NCBI RefSeq assembly: GCF_963675095.2
Contig: NZ_CAXXSJ010000060.1
Location: 6,903-46,902 of the forward strand
Direction: 5' to 3'
Source of the DNA: an uncultured Roseibium sp.
Lineage (GTDB): Bacteria > Pseudomonadota > Alphaproteobacteria > Rhizobiales > Stappiaceae
Length of the DNA stretch: 40,000 bases
Numbering within the stretch: the first letter of the stretch is position 1; every line of letters starts with the position of its first letter. Below, one piece after another: positions 25,678 to 33,615 of this stretch. The notes under the pieces are model-generated. The model was not told where the DNA came from, searched no databases, and worked only from the letters and a program-made list of their open reading frames with translations. The position numbers and the translations under genes were made by a program.

Positions 25678-27135
25678 ATGAACAGTTCAGAAGACATTGT
25701 CGAGGGGGCGCCCGTCTCCTCCCGCACTGTCATTGTCGGCGCCGGAATAGCCGGCCTCCTTGCTGCTCGCGTTCTAGCAGACGACTTCGCGGAAGTGGTT
25801 TTGATCGAACGCGATCGGCTGCAGGAACGAACCGGGCCCCGCCCCGGTGTCCCCCAGTCCGCCCACGGGCATCTTCTTCTCGCCGCCGGTTTCAGAACGA
25901 TCACCGAACTGTTTCCCGATCTTGACCGGGAACTGGTGGAAGCCGGTGCCGTCCCGGGCGACATATGCGCCGACGGCATCGTCAACGTGCGTGGCAGACG
26001 CCTGCCGAGGTTTGCCTCCGGCCTCAAGACCCTCCTTATGAGCCGGACCCTTCTGGAAGGCCATATCCGGCAGCGGGTCACGGAAATCCCCAATGTCGCC
26101 ATCCGCACCGGCTGCCGGTCCACCGGGTTTCTATTCGACCAAACAAGCTGCCGCGTGACCGGCGTCCGTCTTCGGACGACGGACGGCACGGAGGAAGACC
26201 TGGCCGCGGATCTCGTCATCGACGCCAGCGGCCGCAGCGCCGCCGCTTCGGCCTGGCTTGGCGAAAACGGCTTTGGCCGGGTTCCCGAGACTGTCGTCGA
26301 TGCCCATGTGGGCTATGCATCGCGCCGGTTTTCGCTTCCTGCAAAGCAGGAGATGCCGTCGACGGGAGACTGGAAAGTCGCCGCTTGCGCCTGGCTGCCT
26401 CCGGACAACCGGCGCGCGGGCGGCCTCTACCGGGAGGAAAACGGCGTCTGGGTCGCAAGCCTGGTCGGAGCGTTGGAGGCCATTCCCTCCACCGACGAAA
26501 AGGCTTTTCTGGACCACGCGCGGCGGCTGGAAGACCCGGCACTTCATGAAGCCCTGCACCACGGCATGCCCCTGTCGAAGATCGCAGGCTACCGGGTGGC
26601 CGGCAGCCGTCGTCGCCGTTTCAGTCCGCTGGCCCGACGCCTCAAGCGGCTGGTGGTCATCGGGGATGCCCTGTGCACCGTCAATCCTTTCTATGGTCAG
26701 GGGATGACGATCGCCGCCCTTCAGGCACGCGCCCTGCAAGGGCGGTTCCGCCGGGGTGCTGCCCTGGGCGGCACTCCCCTCGACCGGGCCGCCCGTCATG
26801 CCCAGCGCGCTTGTGAGACGGTAACGGCGGTGCCGTGGCTGTTTTCCACCTCCGAGGATCTGCGCCACGGAGCGGCGGTGCAAGGCCGGCGCACTTTTGT
26901 GCACCGGGTGATCAATTGGTACGTCAACCGGGCCCTTGCCGTTGGCGGCCCACGCACGATCCGCGCGCTCTACAACACCATGAGCCTGGTCGACCCGCTT
27001 GCCCTCGCCCGCCCCGGCACCGTGTTCGACATTCTGCTCATGCCGTTTTTCAGACGGGACCGATACAATTTCAGAAAGAACAGCCATCAGCGGCCCTCGG
27101 CCCTGGAGGAGCGCTGCGGAGAGGATAGTATATGA
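25678..27135 (+). CDS. FAD-dependent monooxygenase/epoxidase-like oxidoreductase
   Basis: GxGxxG (VIVGAGIAGLLAARVLA), VIDASGRSAA, and GDALCTVNPFYGQGMT, which resembles the squalene-epoxidase-type GDAxNxRHPxTGxGMT. ATG at 25678 preferred; a GTG at 25657 is possible. Confidence 0.75.
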   Translation: MNSSEDIVEGAPVSSRTVIVGAGIAGLLAARVLADDFAEVVLIERDRLQERTGPRPGVPQSAHGHLLLAAGFRTITELFPDLDRELVEAGAVPGDICADGIVNVRGRRLPRFASGLKTLLMSRTLLEGHIRQRVTEIPNVAIRTGCRSTGFLFDQTSCRVTGVRLRTTDGTEEDLAADLVIDASGRSAAASAWLGENGFGRVPETVVDAHVGYASRRFSLPAKQEMPSTGDWKVAACAWLPPDNRRAGGLYREENGVWVASLVGALEAIPSTDEKAFLDHARRLEDPALHEALHHGMPLSKIAGYRVAGSRRRRFSPLARRLKRLVVIGDALCTVNPFYGQGMTIAALQARALQGRFRRGAALGGTPLDRAARHAQRACETVTAVPWLFSTSEDLRHGAAVQGRRTFVHRVINWYVNRALAVGGPRTIRALYNTMSLVDPLALARPGTVFDILLMPFFRRDRYNFRKNSHQRPSALEERCGEDSI

Positions 27136-28013
27136 TGGATGCGAAAACCGAATTCAGCGGCGAGAAGGCGGATGTCCGCGAAGCGGTCGAGCGCTACCTG
27201 GAAGAGCAGTTCGCCGCCTATGCCGAGACCGAAGTCCGCCGGGCGGCTGAATATACCGCCCTTGGAGGCGGCCACCGTTGGCGGCCGATCGTGGCGATTG
27301 CGGCCGGGCGGATCTTTCACACCGATGCATTGGAGATCGCCCTGCCGGGGGCATGCGGCGCCGAACTTGCCCACGCCGCCTCGCTGATCCTGGACGATCT
27401 GCCGTCCATGGACGACGCCGCCCTCCGCCGCGGCAAGCCGTGTGTCCATCTGGTCTTCCCCAAATGGGCGGTGGACATGGCCCCGGTCTTCCTGGTGACC
27501 ATGGCCTATGCCATCAGCCTCAATCACGACCGCTCGTCCGCAGACCGGCGCGTTCAGGCGGCTCTTGCCCTCAGTTCCGCCGGCACTGCCATGATCGAGG
27601 GCCAGTGCCTCGATCTTGCCAGCAGCCTGGCAGACGGCACGGAAGCGCAGATGCTCGATTGCTACCGGTTGAAGAGTGCCGCTCTTTATGGCGCTGCCGC
27701 GCGTGGCGGTGCACTCCTGTGCGGCGCCGGTCCTGAAGATGCGGACCGGATGGAACGCGCAGGCTTTTATCTCGGCCTCGCCTACCAATTCATGGACGAT
27801 GTCGCCGACGTCACCGCCACGGTCGAACAAGTCGGCAAACAGGTTCATCAGGATGACGGCAAATTCACCGCAACGGCCTGGCTGGGCGTCGAGGGAGCCG
27901 CCGAAATGAGCCGGTCCTACCAGACGAAGGCCCTGGCCGAGCTTGCGCCCTACGGACCCGAAGCCGAATGGCTACGCAGTATCGTCTGCGAGGCGAGCTG
28001 GGCCACCCACTGA
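27132..28013 (+). CDS. Polyprenyl diphosphate synthase, CrtE-like geranylgeranyl diphosphate synthase
   Basis: First Asp-rich motif ASLILDDLPSMDDAALRRGKP, with small residues ahead of it as in GGPP synthases. Second motif AYQFMDDVADV, followed by GKQVHQDDGKFT. ATGA overlap with the FAD gene. Confidence 0.85.
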   Translation: MMDAKTEFSGEKADVREAVERYLEEQFAAYAETEVRRAAEYTALGGGHRWRPIVAIAAGRIFHTDALEIALPGACGAELAHAASLILDDLPSMDDAALRRGKPCVHLVFPKWAVDMAPVFLVTMAYAISLNHDRSSADRRVQAALALSSAGTAMIEGQCLDLASSLADGTEAQMLDCYRLKSAALYGAAARGGALLCGAGPEDADRMERAGFYLGLAYQFMDDVADVTATVEQVGKQVHQDDGKFTATAWLGVEGAAEMSRSYQTKALAELAPYGPEAEWLRSIVCEASWATH

Positions 28014-28021
28014 ACGCCCGG

Positions 28022-29287
28022 CTATGCCGACACCGCCGCCTGTCGCCGCACCCCTGAAAAGGGCATCCGGGTCGCACCGCGCAACAGCAGCGACTTGCGC
28101 CATGACACCCTGCCCGCTTCGATGTCGAAGCGGGAATAGACATCCAGAAAGGCCTTGATCCCCACCTCCAGCACCATGCGGGTCAGCGCCGCCCCCAGGC
28201 AGAAGTGAATACCATAGCCGAAAGTCAGCGGCTGCGGATCCGGCCGGTCCAGCCGCAAGCGATCCGGCTCGTCGTAACGCCGCGGATCCCGGTTGGCGGC
28301 GACAAGCTGGATCATGATGTTCGATCCGGCCGGGATGCGCTTGCCGGCGAGTTCCATGTCGTGAGGCGTGTACCGCGGCGCAAATTTCACCGACGTGTCG
28401 AAACGGCAGAATTCCTCAACCGCATTCGGCCAGATTTTCGGATTTTCACGTAACAGAGCCTGCTGGTCGGGAAACCGGGAAAGCGCCAGGATCGAATTGC
28501 CGACCAGTCCGCCGGTCGTCTGCGACCCTGCCCCCAGCATCATCAAGGCCATGGTGATCGTTTCCTTGCGGCTGAACTCCTCACCCTCCGCCCGCACCAT
28601 GGCGGTGATGAAATCGTCCTTCGGCTCTTGCTTGCGCTGTTCGGCCAGAGCGTCGAAATAGCGATAGAGTTCGTCGATGGTGGCGCTGACCGTTTCCGGA
28701 TCGAACCGCAATAGAGGGTCGAGCAGCTTGACGATCACGTCGGTCATGCGCTGCGACCAGTCCCAGTCCTCCTCTGGTATGCCGATCAGGCTCGCAACGG
28801 CCGCATTCGCCAGCGGCCTGGTAAAGTCCCGCGTCAGATCGCCGTCGGGCTTGTCCCCAAGCCTCTCCAGAAGCCGATACGCCGTGGCCTCGATACGCCC
28901 TTCGAGCCGGGTGATGCTGCGGGAGGTGAACTCCCTGTGCACCATCCGGCGCAAGCGGGTGTGATCCGGGGGGTCGCTCACCAGGATAAGGTTCCGGAAC
29001 GTCCATTGGGCCAACGGCGAAAGTTTCGAATAAGGCCGGACGTTCAACAGCAGGCCGATCGGCTCTCCCACCAGCAGATCGTCGCGCGAAAGCACTTCCA
29101 GGGCTTCGTCATAGCCGGTCACGACCCAGTGCCGGTAAAGCGTGCGATAGGTAACCGCTCCTTCCCGGTGCATGGCGGCGACCGCCGAGGTGGGGTCGCG
29201 GGAATACGACTCCCCCAGAGGATTTCCCCAAGGATCGAAGGCGAACACGAGACCGGCAAGTTTCGGACGGGCCGCAACAGCCTGCAT
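28022..29287 (-). CDS. Cytochrome P450
   Basis: Haem loop FGYGIHFCLGAALTR, ExxR (EEFCRFD) and I-helix GAGSQTTGG. The start is ambiguous between 29287 (MQAV, 421 aa), 29335 and a TTG at 29383; none has a convincing RBS. Confidence 0.85.
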   Translation of the reverse strand: MQAVAARPKLAGLVFAFDPWGNPLGESYSRDPTSAVAAMHREGAVTYRTLYRHWVVTGYDEALEVLSRDDLLVGEPIGLLLNVRPYSKLSPLAQWTFRNLILVSDPPDHTRLRRMVHREFTSRSITRLEGRIEATAYRLLERLGDKPDGDLTRDFTRPLANAAVASLIGIPEEDWDWSQRMTDVIVKLLDPLLRFDPETVSATIDELYRYFDALAEQRKQEPKDDFITAMVRAEGEEFSRKETITMALMMLGAGSQTTGGLVGNSILALSRFPDQQALLRENPKIWPNAVEEFCRFDTSVKFAPRYTPHDMELAGKRIPAGSNIMIQLVAANRDPRRYDEPDRLRLDRPDPQPLTFGYGIHFCLGAALTRMVLEVGIKAFLDVYSRFDIEAGRVSWRKSLLLRGATRMPFSGVRRQAAVSA

Positions 29288-29697
29288 CACCGGATAGAAG
29301 ATCTGCTCGAAATGCACGCTTGGCCCTACCCTCATCAAACAGGCCGAATGGTAGGAAGGAAATTGTTCGGACACAAGGCACAAAGCCGCAGGAAGCCGGC
29401 TGATTTTCAGCGTTTTACAGCAATGACGCCGGTCAAATTCGCCCTATCCTTCAGGGATGCACGGCGGATCTCCCTCTCCTGCTACTCCGCAGGCCTACCT
29501 CCGCTCCGGTTTAACAGGAACCGCGCAAGAGCATTGCTTGAGACCATCCGGACAGGCAACGGCTCAAGGCTTTTGTTTCGTCTGCTCATAGAACCGGGCA
29601 GTCCTCGGTCCATTTTGCACACCAGATGAGCAGACCACATCCATTCGAAGTCCAGGCAATGAGCACTTTGCTCATAATGACTCCAATTGAATTTTAT

Positions 29698-29709
29698 TCC
29701 TATATAGGA
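29698..29709. promoter_or_regulatory. Palindrome TCCTATATAGGA (candidate GntR/HutC operator, distal site)
   Basis: Perfect 12-bp palindrome in a low-GC intergenic region. The 14-mer TTCCTATATAGGAC matches the proximal site at 12 of 14 positions. Confidence 0.45.
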
Positions 29710-29750
29710 CTTGTAGCCTTTTTATTGAATCTGTAGCGTCTATAGCAACG

Positions 29751-29764
29751 GTCCTTTATAGGAC
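29751..29764. promoter_or_regulatory. Inverted repeat GTCCT-TTAT-AGGAC (candidate GntR/HutC operator, proximal site)
   Basis: 5-bp perfect arms, ending 27 nt upstream of the GTG start of the GntR gene. Centre-to-centre distance to the distal site is 54 bp. Confidence 0.45.
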
Positions 29765-29791
29765 TTAATCAAGCGCGACAGGTGCAGACCC

Positions 29792-30562
29792 GTGAAAGTT
29801 TCGAAACTTGGTTCGGCAAAAGCGAAACACCGCCAGATCTCTGAGGAGATCCTGAGCGCGATTGAGGAAGGGCGCTGGCTTCCGGGAGACCGTCTTCCGG
29901 CCGAAGACCAGCTCGCCGCCGAAATGGATGCCAGCCTCGGCACCGTCCAGCGGGCCCTGCGCAGCCTGGTGCAGATGGGCGTGGTCGAACGCCATCACGG
30001 GCGCGGGACCTTCGTTACCGGCGCCCAGGCCCAGGAAGGCCAGTTGCGGCACTTCCGTTTCATGGCGGAGGGTGGCAAGCAGCTTCTGCCGGTCTACTTC
30101 AAGATCATCGGCGTCGAGCTGACGAGCGAAAGCGGACCGTGGAGCAATTTCTTCGGAACCCCCGAAGAGGAATATGTCCACATACACCGCCTCGTGAACG
30201 TGAATGACGAGTTCGACGTCTTCAGCGAGATCTACCTGCCCGCCAGCCGGTTTGCCGAAATCGCTGGGATGAGCGAAGCGACGCTCAACGGTGTGTCCTT
30301 TCGCGACTTCCTGGCAGAACGCTTCAACGCGCCGACGATCAACACGCACCAGACCATGGTGTGTCAGCCGCTGCCGCCACGGATCACGCGCGTCCTGAAC
30401 GTGCCCCATGGCCAATACGGCATCGTCTGGACCGTCGGCGGCCTCAGCTACCGGGACGCACCGATCACCTGGCAACGGATCTTCGTACCGCCGAGCGACC
30501 GGGTGATCGAGATCGTTCCCATCTCCTCGCCGGAGCAGACCAACCTGCGCGAGATGTTTTGA
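29792..30562 (+). CDS. GntR family transcriptional regulator (HutC subfamily, UTRA effector domain)
   Basis: N-terminal wHTH (LPGDRLPAEDQLAAEMDASLGTVQRALRSLVQMGVVERHHGRGTFV) plus a ~170-aa C-terminal domain of UTRA size. GTG start. Confidence 0.85.
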   Translation: MKVSKLGSAKAKHRQISEEILSAIEEGRWLPGDRLPAEDQLAAEMDASLGTVQRALRSLVQMGVVERHHGRGTFVTGAQAQEGQLRHFRFMAEGGKQLLPVYFKIIGVELTSESGPWSNFFGTPEEEYVHIHRLVNVNDEFDVFSEIYLPASRFAEIAGMSEATLNGVSFRDFLAERFNAPTINTHQTMVCQPLPPRITRVLNVPHGQYGIVWTVGGLSYRDAPITWQRIFVPPSDRVIEIVPISSPEQTNLREMF

Positions 30563-30673
30563 CATGCCGGCGCATCCAGCTTCGCCGGTGAAAAGCAGAA
30601 TGGGCGCCAAGCCCATCGTGATCAGTCCGCTTTTGGGGAGCGGATCAAACCACAGCAGACAGGAGCACCTTCC

Positions 30674-31729
30674 ATGAACCTGACCTTATCCAATCGCCCC
30701 GGATCCAATCGCCCCGGCCTGACCAGCAGGCTGTTCCGGACCGCGCGAACCGCCATCGCGGCCCTTTCCGTAAGCCTTGTCGCTCTCAGCGGTGCCAGCG
30801 CCGAAGATTATCCGGAAATGACCCTGAAATTCGGCCATCCCTATAACGAGAGCCATCCGCTCGCCAAAGGCGCGCAGATGTTCGCCGACAAGATCAAGGA
30901 AAAGAGCGGCGGCAAGATCACGGTCCAGGTGTTCCCGAACAGCACCATCGGATCCTCGCGCGAGCTGGTCGAATCCGCCCAAATCGGCGTTGTCGATTTC
31001 GCCCTCGTTCCGACCACCAACGTGGCGAGCTTCTATTCCCCGCTCGATATCTTCTACCTGCCGTTCCTGTTCCGCGACAGTGAGCATGCCTATGCGGTTT
31101 CCGACGGCCCGGTCGGCCAGGCGCTCTACGACGGACTGCAGAAGGAAACCGGCATCCATACGCTTGCCATGTACGAAAGCGGCTTCCGGACCATCACGAC
31201 CCGGGACAAGAAGATCGAGATGCCGGACGACATGAAGGGCGTGAAGTTCCGCGTCGTGAACAACCCGCTCAATGTCGCCACCTTCAAGGCGCTCGGCGCC
31301 AACCCGACGCCAATGGCGCTGTCCGAGGTCTTCACCGGCCTGCAGCAGGGCACCGTCGACGGCCAGGACAACCCGGTCGGCAACGTCAAGGCCTTCGGCT
31401 TCGACAAGGTCCAGGGCAACATCACCCTGTCCCGCCACCAGTGGGCCGGCATCATGTTCCTGGCAAGCGACGGCCTCTGGCAGAAGTCCCCGGACAACGT
31501 GAAAGCGCTGTTCAAGGAAACCGCCATCGAGACCCAGGACTGGGAACGCAAGGAACTGAATGCAGTCGAGGCGACCTATCTCGACGAGATGGCGAAGGGC
31601 GGCATGGTCGTCACCCGCCTGACCCCGGAACAGGCCACTGCCTTCCAGAAGGCCATGGAGCCGGTCTGGGCCGAATACAAGGACAAGATCGGCGCCGACC
31701 TGATCCAGTCCGCGGTCGAAGCCAAGTAA
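30674..31729 (+). CDS. dctP: TRAP transporter substrate-binding protein (DctP family)
   Basis: Signal peptide ending ALSGASA. Mature sequence is DctP-like (MTLKFGHPYNESHPLAKGAQMFADKIKEKSGGKI...). Confidence 0.9.
   Translation: MNLTLSNRPGSNRPGLTSRLFRTARTAIAALSVSLVALSGASAEDYPEMTLKFGHPYNESHPLAKGAQMFADKIKEKSGGKITVQVFPNSTIGSSRELVESAQIGVVDFALVPTTNVASFYSPLDIFYLPFLFRDSEHAYAVSDGPVGQALYDGLQKETGIHTLAMYESGFRTITTRDKKIEMPDDMKGVKFRVVNNPLNVATFKALGANPTPMALSEVFTGLQQGTVDGQDNPVGNVKAFGFDKVQGNITLSRHQWAGIMFLASDGLWQKSPDNVKALFKETAIETQDWERKELNAVEATYLDEMAKGGMVVTRLTPEQATAFQKAMEPVWAEYKDKIGADLIQSAVEAK
30688..30717 (+). repeat. Perfect 15-bp tandem duplication (atccaatcgccccgg x2) inside the dctP signal-peptide n-region
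   Basis: Read directly. It is in frame and yields SNRPG-SNRPG. Confidence 0.9.
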
Positions 31730-31760
31730 GCGCCAGCGCCACCGGCAGGGAACCCTGATC

Positions 31761-32261
31761 ATGCAGGTCATCAAGAAATTCCTCGACCTTACTGAACTCA
31801 CCCTGTCGGTGGTGTGCGTCCTCAGCTTCGTCGCGATGTTCGTTCTCGGCATCGCGACGGTGGTCTTCCGCTTCATCATCGAAAGCTCGCTGGCCTTTCC
31901 GGCCGAACTCATCCGCTATCTCTTCATCTGGATGATCAGCCTGGGCTCGGCCGTGGCCCTGAGACGCAACGTTCACGCGGCCATCGGCGTCGTTGTTTCC
32001 CACCTGCCCGCGGTCCCGCGCCGTGCCGCGCTGGTCGGCTCGACGCTGCTCGGCATCGTTTTCTTCGCCCTGATCCTGGTTGCCGGCATCAAGCTCACGA
32101 TGCGGGTCCAGCCGCAGATCTCGCCGGCCCTGGAAATCTCCATGGCGTGGGTCTACGGCGCCGTTCCCGTCGGCATGGCCTTCCTCATTCTGTTTTCTCT
32201 GGAACTGGTCGCCAGGCAGCTCAAGGCGCCCGACGCCGAGCTACTCGCAGATGGCCAATAA
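31761..32261 (+). CDS. dctQ: TRAP transporter small permease (DctQ family)
   Basis: 166 aa with 4 TM segments, located between dctP and dctM. Confidence 0.85.
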   Translation: MQVIKKFLDLTELTLSVVCVLSFVAMFVLGIATVVFRFIIESSLAFPAELIRYLFIWMISLGSAVALRRNVHAAIGVVVSHLPAVPRRAALVGSTLLGIVFFALILVAGIKLTMRVQPQISPALEISMAWVYGAVPVGMAFLILFSLELVARQLKAPDAELLADGQ

Positions 32262-32291
32262 CCTCCCCCTTCCTGAGATCGGTACACATCC

Positions 32292-33563
32292 ATGGTAACG
32301 GCAACGATTTTCGGGTCCCTCATCCTGCTCATGCTCATCCGTGCACCGATCGCGGTGGCACTGGGCCTGTCGAGCGTCCTGGGACTGATCATCAGTGGTA
32401 TCGATCTCCAGATCGCCGCGCAGCGCCTGCTGTCCACGAACAATTCCTTCCCGCTGCTGGCCATTCCCTTCTTCATTCTCGCCGGTGAAATCATGTCGAC
32501 CGGCGGCATGTCGCGCCGACTGGTCAATTTCGCAGGCTCCCTGGTCGGGCACCTGACGGGCGGGCTGGGCGCGGTCGCTATTCTGGGTTCCAGTTTCTTC
32601 GCAGCCCTTTCGGGGTCCAACGCGGCGACGGTGGCCGCTATCGGCGGGGTCATGAATGCCCCGATGGAGGAAAAGGGCTACCGCCCGCAATATACCGCCG
32701 CCGCCATCGCGGCCGCAGGCGTCACCGGCATGATCATTCCCCCGAGCATCCTGCTGATCCTCTATGGGGTCGTCACCGGCGTTTCCATCGCCGATCTCTT
32801 CCTTGCAGGGCTGCTGCCCGGGATCGTGATCTGTCTTTCCATGCTGGCGCTCAACTGGTTCATGACCCGCCGCGAGGGCATCGAGAAAACCGAATTTCAG
32901 GGTCTGACCGGGATCTGGGACAGCTTCCGGGCCGCCTTCCTGCCGCTGCTCATGCCGGTCATCATCCTGTCGGGCATCTACGGCGGCGTGTTCACCCCGA
33001 CGGAAGCCGCCATCGTTGCCGTGCTCTATGGCCTGATCGTCGGCTTCATCTACCGGGAACTGACGCTCAAGGATCTCTACAAGGCCTTCCAGAAGGCCGT
33101 CCTGTCGTCGGCGGTGGTGATGTTCATCATGAATTCCGCCGGTGTCTTTGCCTGGCTGATCACCATCAACCAGATCCCGCAGAGCATCTCCGCCTATCTG
33201 GCCAGTGTTGCCGGCGGGCCGATCCTATATCTGCTGCTGGTGAACATCTTTCTGCTGTTCGTCGGCTGCATCATGAACGCGGCTGCCGCGGTCGTGATCT
33301 TCACCTCGATCCTCTATCCCGCCGCCATGAGCTTCGGGATCGATCCGATCCTGTTCGGCATCATCGTCTCGGTGAACCTGAGCATCGGCACCGTCACGCC
33401 CCCGCTCGGTGTTGACCTGTTCATTGCCTCCGCGATCACCAAGGTGCCGATCGAAAAGATCGTGACCACCATCTGGCCCTATATCGGCGTGCTTCTGATC
33501 GATCTCCTGATCATCACCTACTTCCCGCCCGTTTCCCTGTTCCTCGTGCAGCTGTTCGGCTGA
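32292..33563 (+). CDS. dctM: TRAP transporter large permease (DctM family)
   Basis: 423 aa, polytopic, with a typical DctM sequence (FPLLAIPFFILAGEIMSTGGMSRRLV). Confidence 0.9.
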   Translation: MVTATIFGSLILLMLIRAPIAVALGLSSVLGLIISGIDLQIAAQRLLSTNNSFPLLAIPFFILAGEIMSTGGMSRRLVNFAGSLVGHLTGGLGAVAILGSSFFAALSGSNAATVAAIGGVMNAPMEEKGYRPQYTAAAIAAAGVTGMIIPPSILLILYGVVTGVSIADLFLAGLLPGIVICLSMLALNWFMTRREGIEKTEFQGLTGIWDSFRAAFLPLLMPVIILSGIYGGVFTPTEAAIVAVLYGLIVGFIYRELTLKDLYKAFQKAVLSSAVVMFIMNSAGVFAWLITINQIPQSISAYLASVAGGPILYLLLVNIFLLFVGCIMNAAAAVVIFTSILYPAAMSFGIDPILFGIIVSVNLSIGTVTPPLGVDLFIASAITKVPIEKIVTTIWPYIGVLLIDLLIITYFPPVSLFLVQLFG

Positions 33564-33615
33564 GGCCCGGCGAACCGCCGCCTTTCCGTTCAACAAGAAA
33601 AAAAGAAGGTTTCAA

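Noticed and set aside
28937-29629. 230-aa plus-strand ORF upstream of and antisense to the P450 N-terminus
   Set aside because: It is mostly antisense to the P450. The remaining intergenic part (MTPVKFALSF...) has no RBS or recognisable features.
25466-29696. Possible flanking direct repeats (ttgaatttt at about 25468 and about 29687) marking an inserted cassette
   Set aside because: Only a 9-mer is shared, inside AT-rich DNA, which is well within chance. No integrase, transposase or tRNA target is present.
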